This document shows, in pieces, positions 33,119 through 44,281 of a stretch of 64,000 nucleotides of DNA. The stretch covers positions 4,018 through 68,017 of the forward strand of contig CAAEVK010000008.1 in NCBI GenBank assembly GCA_900759475.1. Direction: 5' to 3'. The stretch is from Clostridia bacterium (GTDB lineage: Bacteria > Bacillota > Clostridia > TANB77 > CAG-508). Each line of letters opens with the position of its first letter. Within the stretch, counting starts at the first letter, position 1. The notes below the pieces were generated by a model, which was given only the letters and a program-made list of their open reading frames with translations, was not told the origin of the DNA and did no database searches. The translations under genes and the position numbers were made by a program.

Positions 33119-34102
33119 TTAGTTGTCATAACAAGTCAAGACTTTATAATTTTTTAATTTTATTTGGTTAGAAATAAATTTTTCTTCTTTTATAATTTTT
33201 TTTGATAAATCTGTTGATAAATATTTTTTATTATCATCTGCAAATACTGTAACCATTGGTTTACTAATTGTATGATTTGCTAATATTGCTCCTATTAAAT
33301 TAGCACCAGAAGAAATCCCTACTCCTAATCCTAATTCAGAAGCCAATTTCTTTGCCATATTAATAGCATCATCATCATTGACTAAAATAATTTCGTCAAT
33401 CGCATTTTTATCTACTAAGTCTGGAATAAAGTCATCCCCTATTCCTTCAATTTTATGTTGTGATAGTATTTTCCCTTGTGATAACATTGGCATTTTGTCT
33501 GGTTCAATTGCAATTATCTTTAATTGATTGTCTTTTTCTTTTAGCTTTTTACCAGTTCCCATTAATGTTCCACCAGTACCAATCCCAGATAAAAATCCTC
33601 CTATTTTTTCTGGCACCTGTTGTAATATTTCTTCTGCTGTTGTTTCATAGTGTGCCTGAAAGTTATCTTGATTTGCAAATTGGTTAGCTAAAAAACCCTG
33701 TTTTTCTTTTGCCAATTGTTTTGCCCTTTCTATGCATTGAATAAATCCACCTTGTTCTTTAGAAATTAAGATAACATTTGCTCCATAACTTTTCATTAAA
33801 TTAACTCTTTCCTTACTTACCCAGTTGGGCATAAAAATATAAACTGGATGATGATAATATTTTCCTAATGCTGCTAAAGCAATTCCCGTATTACCACTTG
33901 TTGCTTCTATAATTGGCATTTTTTCTTTTAGCGTGCCTCTTTTTTTGGCATTATTTATCATGTAATAAGCAACTCTATCTTTTATACTACCTGTCAAATT
34001 ATAATATTCCAATTTTGTATATATATATTTAAAAATACCTTTATATTCATAATCAATTCTTATCATAGGTGTATTTCCTATTATATTTCCTTTTTCAAAC
34101 AT
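33119..34102 (-). CDS. cysK: cysteine synthase (O-acetylserine sulfhydrylase family)
   Basis: TGSIKDRVA (PLP Lys), TSGNTGIALA. Confidence 0.8.
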   Translation of the reverse strand: MFEKGNIIGNTPMIRIDYEYKGIFKYIYTKLEYYNLTGSIKDRVAYYMINNAKKRGTLKEKMPIIEATSGNTGIALAALGKYYHHPVYIFMPNWVSKERVNLMKSYGANVILISKEQGGFIQCIERAKQLAKEKQGFLANQFANQDNFQAHYETTAEEILQQVPEKIGGFLSGIGTGGTLMGTGKKLKEKDNQLKIIAIEPDKMPMLSQGKILSQHKIEGIGDDFIPDLVDKNAIDEIILVNDDDAINMAKKLASELGLGVGISSGANLIGAILANHTISKPMVTVFADDNKKYLSTDLSKKIIKEEKFISNQIKLKNYKVLTCYDN

Positions 34103-34245
34103 TTTTTCCTCCCTTGGAAATTACTGTATAATAATAAGATTGCAACAACAAAGACACAAGGTATAATGCCCTTACTCTTATCTTTTTCTAGCAACAAATC
34201 ATTATCTTGAAAGCTTTGGAATTTTTTATTAGCTACTTTTCTTGC

Positions 34246-34285
34246 AAAACACGATAATATATTATATGCTATATTATCGTGTTTT
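34246..34285. terminator. rho-independent terminator after ldh
   Basis: aaaacacgataatat-N10-atattatcgtgtttt. Confidence 0.75.
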
Positions 34286-34312
34286 TGTTAAAGTTGAAAA
34301 TGTTTTTTTTAC

Positions 34313-35263
34313 TTATAAAGATTTTCGTATATGTTCCATATTTTCTGTTAATATTTTACAACTTTCATTTAATTTTTTTTGATTTTCTTCTGATAACTTC
34401 AATTCTAATATTTCTCTTGCACCATTTCTATTTATAATAACAGGCATACCAATATAAATGTCTTCATGTCCATATTCTCCATTTAAGTAAGCTGATACTG
34501 TTAATATTTCATTTGTATCGTTTAATATATTCTTAACAATTCTAGTTAATCCTAGTCCTATTCCATAATATGTTGCTTTTTTTCTATTAATTATTTCATA
34601 AGCTGTATCTCTTACTTCTGTATAGATTTTGTCTAAATCAGCAATATTTTTTCCATTGTCTTTCATAATGTCTAACATATTTTTACATCCAACATAAGCA
34701 TGTTCCCAAGCGACAAAAGAAGAATCTCCATGTTCTCCCATCACATAAGCATGAATGTTTTTGCTTGATACACTTAAATATTTACCTATTTGATATCTTA
34801 ATCTTGAAGTATCTAATGCTGTACCAGAGCCAATTACTTTACTGGTTGGAAATTTTGAAACTTCTTGAACAACCTTTGTCATAATATCTACTGGATTAGA
34901 TGCTACTAAAAAGATTCCTTTAAATCCGCTTTCTACAATTTGTTCTGTAATTTCCTTCATTATTTTCGCATTTACATCTGATAATTCTAGTCTTGTTTGT
35001 CCTGGCTTTTGGTTAATACCTGCTGTAATAACAACGATATCTGCATCTGTGCATTCACTATACTCTCCTGCTTTAATTATCATATGACTTGGAGAACATG
35101 GTAAACCATCTGACAAATCCATAGCCTCTCCTTCCGCTTTTTCTTTTAGTACATCAATTAATATTAATTCATTTACACCAATACCTTGGTTAACAATTGA
35201 GTATGCCATACTCATTCCTACAAATCCTGTCCCTACTAAAACTACTTTCCTTTTTTCTATCAT
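34313..35263 (-). CDS. ldh: L-lactate dehydrogenase
   Basis: VVLVGTGFVG, GEHGDS; start MIEKRK after the RBS aaggaga. Confidence 0.85.
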   Translation of the reverse strand: MIEKRKVVLVGTGFVGMSMAYSIVNQGIGVNELILIDVLKEKAEGEAMDLSDGLPCSPSHMIIKAGEYSECTDADIVVITAGINQKPGQTRLELSDVNAKIMKEITEQIVESGFKGIFLVASNPVDIMTKVVQEVSKFPTSKVIGSGTALDTSRLRYQIGKYLSVSSKNIHAYVMGEHGDSSFVAWEHAYVGCKNMLDIMKDNGKNIADLDKIYTEVRDTAYEIINRKKATYYGIGLGLTRIVKNILNDTNEILTVSAYLNGEYGHEDIYIGMPVIINRNGAREILELKLSEENQKKLNESCKILTENMEHIRKSL

Positions 35264-35293
35264 ATTCATTCTCCTTAAATACATTTTATTAAT

Positions 35294-35542
35294 TTATTTT
35301 TGTTTACACTCGTCTTCATTAAATTCTACTGTTAAATAAAATCCTACATCGCTTGCTTCTATTTGGATAATTTTTCCTTCCTTTGATTTTAGTCTTTCTA
35401 TTGGTGGAATATTTCCAGACATAGCTACTGCTGGTTCAATGGTATAATAATAACTTGATGGTAATTCTCCTTCTGATATTGAAACAGTATCTCCTTCTTT
35501 TACTAAATCTGGTCTTTCCATTTTAAATTTCATTGTTCTCAT
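35294..35542 (-). CDS. hypothetical small protein (82 aa)
   Basis: ORF with RBS aaggaga; no motif recognised. Confidence 0.4.
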   Translation of the reverse strand: MRTMKFKMERPDLVKEGDTVSISEGELPSSYYYTIEPAVAMSGNIPPIERLKSKEGKIIQIEASDVGFYLTVEFNEDECKQK

Positions 35543-35603
35543 AAAATCTATCTCCTTTTTTAGTAGTAATTCTTTCTATATTTTATAACTAGTTAATGCT
35601 GTT

Positions 35604-36575
35604 TTAATTCTCATATTTTATTTGTTGTTCTTCATTTAAATGGTATATTGACAATTCTTTTTTATTCTTTTCATTTTCTTTCATCCTAATTGCTGTAATT
35701 TGATTGTTTGTATATGTTTTATAATAATAAATTCCCTTGCTAGTATTAATACAACAAGAATAGGTAGTAATATCATATTTTTCCTCTGCTGTAATTGTTG
35801 TTCCTTGTACCATAGAAACAGAATCTAAAATATGAAAAAATTGTGTTACAGAACTTTTTTCATCTTCCTCGCAAACAGAATTTATTTTATTAAAAGTTGC
35901 TCTAATAAATCTTGAAGCGGGAGAATTGTCCCCTGGAAGTCCAATTGCTCCCATTCCTGCTCCATAACATTCTAAATAAGACTTTGTAAATCTATCTTTT
36001 TCATTACGTGGAGACAAATTTAAATAATTATTAATATTTGTTAAATGGTACTCAAATGGTGGATTATTTGTAAGTACTCCAAATGGATTATCATAAACCT
36101 TGAGACCATGTTTCATTTGTTCTATTACAATTGATTCTTTTTCATCACTAATCATCCAATGTAAATCTGTTACTGGTATTTTATCTGCAAATGGTATATT
36201 GGTAATATTTAAATTAGAAATCTCTTCTCTAACTTTTGCTACTGTACTATATTGTCCTAAAAAATATGGGATTAGTTCATAAGAAGTTAAATTTAATGCC
36301 TCTTGTCTTTCATTAAAGAAATGAGCATTTTTTGGAAAATATAGTCCTGCCATTGATAGCCCTTTTTCGTTAGTAGCTTCTGCATATAAAGGATAGTTTT
36401 CTATTACTGTAGCCATCCCAATTATTGCATATTGTGTATTCATTGTAGTTTTATTTTTTAATTGAAATTGATAATTTCTTGGAGTAATAACAACACTTTC
36501 ATTAAAACGATAATCTAAATCTAAATTTCTACCAAAGTAATGATTTTTTGTTTTTAAAGTAATACATGTACACAT
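35604..36575 (-). CDS. choloylglycine hydrolase family (bile-salt hydrolase-like Ntn hydrolase)
   Basis: MCTCITLKTKNHYFGRNLDLDY with nucleophile Cys2. Confidence 0.8.
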   Translation of the reverse strand: MCTCITLKTKNHYFGRNLDLDYRFNESVVITPRNYQFQLKNKTTMNTQYAIIGMATVIENYPLYAEATNEKGLSMAGLYFPKNAHFFNERQEALNLTSYELIPYFLGQYSTVAKVREEISNLNITNIPFADKIPVTDLHWMISDEKESIVIEQMKHGLKVYDNPFGVLTNNPPFEYHLTNINNYLNLSPRNEKDRFTKSYLECYGAGMGAIGLPGDNSPASRFIRATFNKINSVCEEDEKSSVTQFFHILDSVSMVQGTTITAEEKYDITTYSCCINTSKGIYYYKTYTNNQITAIRMKENEKNKKELSIYHLNEEQQIKYEN

Positions 36576-36638
36576 AGGTTATCTTCCTTTCTTTTATACT
36601 ACATCCTAATAAATAAAAAATACCATCCTCTTTTAATT

Positions 36639-39600
36639 TTATTCTGCTCTTAATGCCATTACAGGGTCTTCCTTTGCAGCTTTTTTAGATGGAATAATTC
36701 CACCTATTATAGTCAAACATGTACTAAGTATAATTAAAATAATGGCTGACATTGTTGGAAGTGAAGCATTAATATTTGTTTGCCCAGCAATAGAATGAAT
36801 AATTTGATTAATTGGAATCAATAGTAATAATGTAATTCCTATTCCAATTAATCCTGCAAACAAACCAATAATAAAAGTTTCTGCATTAAACACTTGTGCA
36901 ATATTATGTTTTGATGCACCAATTGCTCTTAAAATACCAATTTCTTTCTTACGTTCTAATACACTAATATAAGTAATAACTCCTATCATAATAGAAGAAA
37001 CAATTAGTGATATAGCAACAAAAGCAATTAGTACATAGCTTACAACATCCACAATAGTGGTTACAGAACTCATTAAAGTTCCTACAAAATCTGTATAGGA
37101 GATAACTTTATCTTCATTTCCCTCTTCCTTCATTTTTGCATTGTAAGTATCTAATATTTTTAAAATATTCTCATTTCCTTCAAAATCTTTTGGATAAATA
37201 TTAATACTATTTGGCTTGTCAAAACTTGCATAGCCTAATTTTTTTAAATTATTTTCATAAGAACTTTGCTCTTTTGTCATTAAAGATGTAAATAACTCTG
37301 CCATTTCTTCTGCATTCATTTTCATTTTAATAGCACTTGCAAAAATTTCTGCATCAAAGCTAAATGCATTTACCATAGAATTGCTTAATTTACTAATGCT
37401 GTCTGTTAGTTCTTTTTGCAAGGCTTTGTTCATTGAATTCATTGCAGTTTTCATATAGCTTTCTATTATTTTAGAAATTTGTTGATCTAAATTTTGTGAT
37501 TTTACAATTTTTAATATACTGTCAGAAATTACTTGATTAGCTTCTTCGGATTTTAAATAATCCATTACATATTGTTCAAATTTGGTTGGTTCTAGCAAAT
37601 TATTTTCTTTTGCATATTCTTCATATCCTTTTAAAACGCTTATCATTGTTTGCTGTATTTGTTCTTGTGTAATTGTATAATCTCCATTTTCTTTTATAAT
37701 TTCTTCAATTTCTTTTTTTATAATTTCACTTGCTTCTTTAGATTGTAAATATTCTGATAAATGTTTACTAATTTTGTTTAAATCTGCTTCTGGATGATTC
37801 GTAGCATATATTTCATATCCTTTTAATAAATCTTTTACTAATGTTTGTATATCATCACTAGACATTGAAAAATTTAGTTGACTAATTACACTATTTAAGT
37901 CAAGAGGAGGCAATGAAACTTTATCCATAATATTATTGATATTGCTAAAATCTACTTTTATTTTTGATTGATCTATTTTAAATGCAGATTTTATTGCATT
38001 TGTATCAACTTCAAATAATGAATTCATATCAAAAGAATTATTATTTTCTGTGTCATCAAAACTTTTCCCTGTAAAAACATCAACATTTGGTTGTTCAAGT
38101 TGCGATTTTACAATTTCACTATTAGCTGATTTTTCTATAATGTGTTCTGTTAAAGAAGAAGGATAATAAATTCCAGAAGATAGCATCATGACATTTCCTC
38201 CTTCTTTTGGTTGGACAATTCCTACTATTTTTAATTCTTCTCCATTTTCTACTATCTTTTTCATATATTCTGTATTTTCTGATTTGTCACGCCAAATTTT
38301 ATATTCTTGGTCATATTCATAATAATCTGTACTACTAATTAACTTAAATGTTTTGTTCATAATATCATTATAAGAATACGAACCACTTGTTTCAGGAATT
38401 TCTACTGTTTCTTCTTCAATAAATTGGTTAATCATATTGTCTAGTTCTTCAAAATTTCTTAAGCCCAAGGTATATAGCATAAAATCACTAATATTACCAT
38501 TAGGAGTTAATACTAAAACGCACTCATTATAATTGGTAGGCCATTTACCAGTTTTTACATCATATTGGTTTTTAAATAAATCTACATTATTTGGCATTTG
38601 AAAAAATACATCTGTACTCATCATACTTGACATCATACTATTTGAAGTAACTGTTGAACCTATTCCCAAGTTTGAAAAAGCTAAATTTGGATTTAACTGT
38701 CTTAAATTTTCTACATTAGAGCTATAAATTTGTGGTATAACATAATAACTATATTCAATCGCTTTAGCATATTGTTTTATATTAGATTCGTCGCTCTCTA
38801 AATATTTCTTTAGAGATACTAAATCATTTGAACCTATTGTTGAAAACATATTGGTAAGCATCTTTGTAACATGAATATTTTCTTTTGATTCTTCTTCATT
38901 TAAATTAGTAGTATTGTTTAGCAACATAGATGAAAAGTCAAATCCAGTACTTTGAATTTGCAATGGATATTCTGATAAAGTATCTTCTTCTACTGATTTT
39001 ATATAATTATTTACACCATTTGATAAAGATAAAATTAATGCTATTCCAATAATACCAATAGAACCCGCAAATGCTGTTAATATAGTTCTTCCTTTTTTTG
39101 TTTTTAAATTGTTAAAACTCAAAAATAATGATGTTAATAGTGACATTGATGTTTTTCCCATATTTTTATGTTCTGGGATATTGTCATCTTCTTGAATAAT
39201 ATATGGATTTGAATCGGAACGAATTTTACCATCTCTTAAATTTACTATACGAGTAGCATACTTTTCTGCTAACTCTGGATTATGTGTTACCATTACAACT
39301 AATCGGTCTTTGGCAACTTCTTTTAATAATTCCATTACTTGTATACTTGTTTCACTATCTAACGCACCTGTTGGCTCATCAGCCAATACTATATCTGGAT
39401 TATTTACCAATGCTCTTGCAATAGCAACTCTTTGCATTTGACCACCAGATAGTTGATTTGGCTTTTTATGAATTTGTTCAGCTAATCCAACCGTTTCTAA
39501 TGCTTTTATTGCTCTTTTCCTTGTTTCACTTTTAGAAACTCCTGAAATGGTTAACGCTAATTCAACATTGGCTAAAATTGTTTGGTGTGGAATTAAATTA

Positions 39601-39875
39601 TAACTTTGGAATACAAAACCAATTGTATGATTTCTATAAGAATCCCAGTCTCTATCCTTATATTTTTTAGTGGAAATTTTATTAATAATTAAATTTCCAC
39701 TATCATATCTGTCTAATCCTCCAATAATATTTAACAATGTAGTTTTTCCAGAACCACTAGGTCCTAGAATAGCTACAAATTCATTATCTCTTAAATTTAG
39801 GCTAACATCATCTAGTGCTTTTTGTATTAAATCTCCTGTTTTATATTCTTTAAAAACATTTTTAATTTGTAACAT
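36639..39875 (-). CDS. fused ABC ATPase plus FtsX/MacB-type permease (1078 aa)
   Basis: GPSGSGKTT, LSGGQMQR, VLADEPT; long extracytoplasmic region; C-terminal FtsX-like TMs. Confidence 0.8.
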   Translation of the reverse strand: MLQIKNVFKEYKTGDLIQKALDDVSLNLRDNEFVAILGPSGSGKTTLLNIIGGLDRYDSGNLIINKISTKKYKDRDWDSYRNHTIGFVFQSYNLIPHQTILANVELALTISGVSKSETRKRAIKALETVGLAEQIHKKPNQLSGGQMQRVAIARALVNNPDIVLADEPTGALDSETSIQVMELLKEVAKDRLVVMVTHNPELAEKYATRIVNLRDGKIRSDSNPYIIQEDDNIPEHKNMGKTSMSLLTSLFLSFNNLKTKKGRTILTAFAGSIGIIGIALILSLSNGVNNYIKSVEEDTLSEYPLQIQSTGFDFSSMLLNNTTNLNEEESKENIHVTKMLTNMFSTIGSNDLVSLKKYLESDESNIKQYAKAIEYSYYVIPQIYSSNVENLRQLNPNLAFSNLGIGSTVTSNSMMSSMMSTDVFFQMPNNVDLFKNQYDVKTGKWPTNYNECVLVLTPNGNISDFMLYTLGLRNFEELDNMINQFIEEETVEIPETSGSYSYNDIMNKTFKLISSTDYYEYDQEYKIWRDKSENTEYMKKIVENGEELKIVGIVQPKEGGNVMMLSSGIYYPSSLTEHIIEKSANSEIVKSQLEQPNVDVFTGKSFDDTENNNSFDMNSLFEVDTNAIKSAFKIDQSKIKVDFSNINNIMDKVSLPPLDLNSVISQLNFSMSSDDIQTLVKDLLKGYEIYATNHPEADLNKISKHLSEYLQSKEASEIIKKEIEEIIKENGDYTITQEQIQQTMISVLKGYEEYAKENNLLEPTKFEQYVMDYLKSEEANQVISDSILKIVKSQNLDQQISKIIESYMKTAMNSMNKALQKELTDSISKLSNSMVNAFSFDAEIFASAIKMKMNAEEMAELFTSLMTKEQSSYENNLKKLGYASFDKPNSINIYPKDFEGNENILKILDTYNAKMKEEGNEDKVISYTDFVGTLMSSVTTIVDVVSYVLIAFVAISLIVSSIMIGVITYISVLERKKEIGILRAIGASKHNIAQVFNAETFIIGLFAGLIGIGITLLLLIPINQIIHSIAGQTNINASLPTMSAIILIILSTCLTIIGGIIPSKKAAKEDPVMALRAE

Positions 39876-39922
39876 TTGTTGTTTGTCTCCTATTCTTTCC
39901 TATTCTCATTATTATTTTTAAA

Positions 39923-41686
39923 TTACAATGTATTTTCTATATAATAGACATCGCATGCATTTAACCTTTGCAAATATGTTGTTTGGTTAAAGTTGGTCGC
40001 TTTTTGAATAACTTGTATAATTTCTTCATTTTCCTGTCCATCATTAATAAATACTAAAACTCCATCAGAAATGTCTTTATCTAATAATATTTTTTTTATA
40101 TTTTCTTCATTACACTCCATGTCCTTTGCTATATATGATTCTGTTATATTAGCAAACAATAATATATCATCCAAAAATCTGTTATGACTAGAATTAAATA
40201 CATATAATGCTGGTGTATTTGGATTGTTTTTTATAGTTTCAACAATTTCTTTTTTGTTAGAGTATAGTACCTCTGGCTCTATTTTAAAATTTTTCATATA
40301 TAATAATATATTATCTATTGGTTCATCACTAGCTTTAGAAAAAATTTCTATTGGTATATTTAATTCATTTTTTAATCTTTCTACAATTTCTTGTTTACTA
40401 GAATAGTAAACTTCCTGTTCTGTTCTAAAATCTTTGCCAAGTGCTAAATCAATAACATAGTTTGAAATAGGTATCATAACAAAAAATAATACTATTATTC
40501 CAATCATTATCTTCCTTTTAGTTTTTTTTGTAGTAATATTTTTTAATAATACCATTACTCCATATAAAACAAGTATAAATATTAAACTACATATAGGCAA
40601 CATGTATCTTAATTCTATCCAAGGTGCAGAAATAGCTACTAGTATAAAATAACCAAGCGTTGGAAAAATGAAGTATGGAAGATATTTATTTTTTGTTTCT
40701 ATTAGTTTAATTTTTTTAGCTTTTTTATATATAATAACCACAAATAAGAAAATTAAAAGTATAAACAATATATTATGAAAAGTGTAAATATTAATGATAA
40801 ATATATATTGACATATTCTTTTAAAAAATTCTGGAATATTTATTAAGTTATTTAACACACCTTGCCCTCTGTATCCAAAAAACATATGTTGTATAGAATA
40901 TGGAAATATTAAAAGAGAAATTGCACCAGCCAATAGCATTGTTATGATATATTTGCCTAATAATTTATATTGTTTTTCTTTTATATATTTTACAACAAAC
41001 ATAAAAAACATGGTTACTAAATAAAATAAATAATAATAATGTGTTAATGATCCAACCAAGGCAGAAAGTCCTATTAATACCAATAGTTTATTGTTGTTTT
41101 CTTTTTGCTCTAGTAATTTTAAATGTAAATATGTTGTAATAATTATGTTTAAGGTTGAAAACGCGTACATTCTAATATAAATAGCATTATTAATAGATGC
41201 TAATGAAATATTTGCAATAAGAGTAAGCATTGCTGTTTTTTCTTTATATTTAGCTGTTCCATACAATAGTTTTTTTATTATTAAATATGTAAATATTGTT
41301 ATAAATACATAAAGAATTATATTCACAATTATACCAGACCATTTGGAATAATGGTTTAAGTGGAATCCCATTGAAACTCTTAGAAGCAAATAATATAGTG
41401 GCGGATGTACATCATTCTTTTGATTTTCATATACTGGTAAGAAATTATTTCTTTCATTTTCGCTTATGCTTAAATAATCTTCATAATACCCTTTATTATG
41501 CCAAGTATTATAAAAGTCTTTATTAGCTTGTATTTCAACTTGATGGTAGTTTGCTAATCCAAGAGAATAGGCTTCATCCATATGTAAATATGATTTATTT
41601 ATTCCAGCTACTATAAATATAATAGTCTGGATTATTACAATCATTGCCACCATAATTCGTTCTTTATTTTTATCATTTAATTTCAC
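39923..41686 (-). CDS. ArnT/PMT-like (GT39/GT83-type) membrane glycosyltransferase
   Basis: HMDEAYS and DVHPPLYY motifs, many TM helices, soluble C-terminal domain with an internal duplication. Confidence 0.55.
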   Translation of the reverse strand: MKLNDKNKERIMVAMIVIIQTIIFIVAGINKSYLHMDEAYSLGLANYHQVEIQANKDFYNTWHNKGYYEDYLSISENERNNFLPVYENQKNDVHPPLYYLLLRVSMGFHLNHYSKWSGIIVNIILYVFITIFTYLIIKKLLYGTAKYKEKTAMLTLIANISLASINNAIYIRMYAFSTLNIIITTYLHLKLLEQKENNNKLLVLIGLSALVGSLTHYYYLFYLVTMFFMFVVKYIKEKQYKLLGKYIITMLLAGAISLLIFPYSIQHMFFGYRGQGVLNNLINIPEFFKRICQYIFIINIYTFHNILFILLIFLFVVIIYKKAKKIKLIETKNKYLPYFIFPTLGYFILVAISAPWIELRYMLPICSLIFILVLYGVMVLLKNITTKKTKRKIMIGIIVLFFVMIPISNYVIDLALGKDFRTEQEVYYSSKQEIVERLKNELNIPIEIFSKASDEPIDNILLYMKNFKIEPEVLYSNKKEIVETIKNNPNTPALYVFNSSHNRFLDDILLFANITESYIAKDMECNEENIKKILLDKDISDGVLVFINDGQENEEIIQVIQKATNFNQTTYLQRLNACDVYYIENTL

Positions 41687-41710
41687 ATTAGCCTCCTCAT
41701 TTGAGCTGTT

Positions 41711-42475
41711 TTAATGACATTCTTTTAGCTTTCTACTTTGTTCTAAATACTCTATTTTATTAATAATGCCATAGGAAAGGTAAAATGGTATTGTCATTTG
41801 TGCTACTACCATAATAAAACTATATAAAGCCCCTCCCTTTGTTATTTTATATAGTATTTCAATTGGAGTCCCTGGAAAGTTATTTGATATAAACATTAAA
41901 TTTCCATTAAAGAGTTTATTAATGATTAAGGCTATTATACTCATTATTCCTATTAAACTCGCAAAATACTTTATATCCCCCTTTTTTAATTCGACATATT
42001 TTGTTTTGTTTACTAAAATTCCTAAATATATCATTAAACCATGAAACAAAAAACTGTGAATACTCAAAGCATGTAAGGCAGGATATATTGGTAATGAAGT
42101 AGATGGATATATAATAAATATAATTCCCCCTATTGTTGCACCACTTGCTAAAGACACATCTCCTATTTTCTTTAAAACTCCCTTTCCAAACGAACTACAT
42201 AATCCCGCATATATTAGCATACTGCAATAATATAAAGGCATATATGTATTAACTGCATAAACTGAATTTTGCATTATATTAAAAATAATTTTGAATATTT
42301 CTAATATGCAAATAATTATTGTTATATTTTTAATTATTTTATGCACTTTTTCTTTACTAAGATTTCTTGTATATTTTAATGCAATACAAATACTAATAAC
42401 AGTAATTCCAAGTAATATAAAATGGCCTGATGTAAATATTCCACATGGTTCATAATCTCCTACATTAGAAAACAT
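41711..42475 (-). CDS. integral membrane protein (YwaF/TIGR02206-like)
   Basis: Multi-TM pattern; weak recollection of family resemblance only. Confidence 0.35.
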   Translation of the reverse strand: MFSNVGDYEPCGIFTSGHFILLGITVISICIALKYTRNLSKEKVHKIIKNITIIICILEIFKIIFNIMQNSVYAVNTYMPLYYCSMLIYAGLCSSFGKGVLKKIGDVSLASGATIGGIIFIIYPSTSLPIYPALHALSIHSFLFHGLMIYLGILVNKTKYVELKKGDIKYFASLIGIMSIIALIINKLFNGNLMFISNNFPGTPIEILYKITKGGALYSFIMVVAQMTIPFYLSYGIINKIEYLEQSRKLKECH

Positions 42476-42689
42476 TACTTCCTCTTCTTTCTATTTAACT
42501 TATGAATATTATTACAATAATATTTTACTTATTTTTATATCATAAATCACTTAATAAATTTTTCTATTTAGAATATTATTCATCATACTATAAAAGCAGA
42601 CAATTTTCAATAAATTATCTACTTTTAGTTTTAGAATCTTTTTAATGAAACTTAATCTTGTTGTATAGAAAAGTAATAATATTCACAAC

Positions 42690-43691
42690 TTACTTAATTT
42701 TTTTCTCTTCTTTAAGCCATTGAATTGTATCTTTTACTGTTTCTTTTATATCTCTTGTTGTATATCCCAACTCTTTTTTTGCTTTTAAATTAGAAAAATT
42801 CGAATTAGAAATTAATGTATATAAAGAATATTTTGTATACAACGGTGGATGTTTTGCCAAATAATAATATAGTTCAGATAAAGGAGCTGTTAATTTTGCA
42901 AACCACATAGGTAAAATAGTCTTTATCTTTTTTATTTTTAAAACACCACTAGCTATGTCTAATAATTCTTTTACTGTAATATATTGATTAGATAAAATAT
43001 AACATTCTCCTTTTTTTCCATATTTGCAAGCTTTTATTATTCCATTAACAACATCTCTTACATCTACAAAATCATATCCTCCATTAACACAGGCTGTTAA
43101 TTTTTTGTTTGCATAATCTATTAATAACTGTGTTAAATGTGTACTACTATAATCATTGGGTCCAATAATTCCAGAAGGATGTATAATACAAGCATTTAAG
43201 TTTTTTTCCTCTACCATTTTTAAAACATATTGAGCAGTTTCTGCCTTTGTTTTTGCATAATAACCAATTACTGCATCTGGATTAAAATCCTTTATTTCTG
43301 TTATTACTTCTTTGTTGGGTTTTTCGGTAATTGCATGAACACTACTAACATAAATAAGTTTTGCATTTTTTTCTAATACTTTTTGAATAATATTTTTTGT
43401 TCCATTTACATTAACATTATACACATTGGGATTATATTTAGATTTTATATAAACAATTGCTGCACAATGAATTACATACAATTCCTCATCTGCTGCTGTG
43501 AAAAATATTTGTTCTAAAGTCTCTGGTTTAGTAACATCCCCATAATAAATTTTACAATTCATATCTTTAAGAATATGGTATTTATCATTTGGTAAAATTA
43601 ATGCTCTGACTTCATGCGTTTTTGATAATTCTCTAACAATATTATTACCTAAAAATCCATTTGCACCTGTTACAATAAAAATTTTTCTCAT
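42690..43691 (-). CDS. NAD-dependent epimerase/dehydratase family protein
   Basis: TGANGFLGNNIV Rossmann motif and YAKTKAE (YxxxK). Confidence 0.75.
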   Translation of the reverse strand: MRKIFIVTGANGFLGNNIVRELSKTHEVRALILPNDKYHILKDMNCKIYYGDVTKPETLEQIFFTAADEELYVIHCAAIVYIKSKYNPNVYNVNVNGTKNIIQKVLEKNAKLIYVSSVHAITEKPNKEVITEIKDFNPDAVIGYYAKTKAETAQYVLKMVEEKNLNACIIHPSGIIGPNDYSSTHLTQLLIDYANKKLTACVNGGYDFVDVRDVVNGIIKACKYGKKGECYILSNQYITVKELLDIASGVLKIKKIKTILPMWFAKLTAPLSELYYYLAKHPPLYTKYSLYTLISNSNFSNLKAKKELGYTTRDIKETVKDTIQWLKEEKKIK

Positions 43692-43821
43692 ACCTTCCTC
43701 CCTTACACAATTAGTAGTATGTAGTTTTATTAATTATACTATAAAAAGGAAATCTATGCCATATTTTCATATTATTTAAAATTACTATTGTTGTTCTTAT
43801 AGAAACTACAAATTGTAACAG

Positions 43822-44256
43822 TTATTTTTCTAATAAAATCTCTATTTTTTTATATAATTCGGGATATTTTTTTTTCATATTAATAATTTTAAAAGTTTTA
43901 CTATCTGCCCATGCTAATTTTGTTGTTCCAATATTAATTAGCTGATTATCTTGATTATAAATATCATACTCTAACACAAATTTTACTGGTGTTAACTCTA
44001 TTATTTTTGTTCTAATTTCTACCTCTTGATTATAATAAGCTGGTAATTTATATTGACAATTTAGTTCCACTAGTGGAGTAATAATCCCCTCTTTTTCTAC
44101 TTCATCATATCGAATTCCTATTTTATTAAAAAATTCTGTTCTTGCTTGTTCATACCAAACAGCATATACCGAATGATGAATAATTCCCATTTGATCTGTC
44201 TCTGCATATCTTGGCACAATTTTAGTTGTTACTACCATCATTTCTCTCCTTTGCAT
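43822..44256 (-). CDS. acyl-CoA thioesterase (4HBT/YbgC-like)
   Basis: RYAETDQMGIIHHSVY hot-dog fold motif. Confidence 0.7.
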   Translation of the reverse strand: MQRREMMVVTTKIVPRYAETDQMGIIHHSVYAVWYEQARTEFFNKIGIRYDEVEKEGIITPLVELNCQYKLPAYYNQEVEIRTKIIELTPVKFVLEYDIYNQDNQLINIGTTKLAWADSKTFKIINMKKKYPELYKKIEILLEK

Positions 44257-44281
44257 TTATATTTATGTAAAATATAGAAAT

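Noticed and set aside
34103-34245. T-box or SAM riboswitch leader upstream of cysK
   Set aside because: The leader is only about 140 nt, AT-rich, and has no specifier or T-box sequence and no S-box helices that I could recognise.
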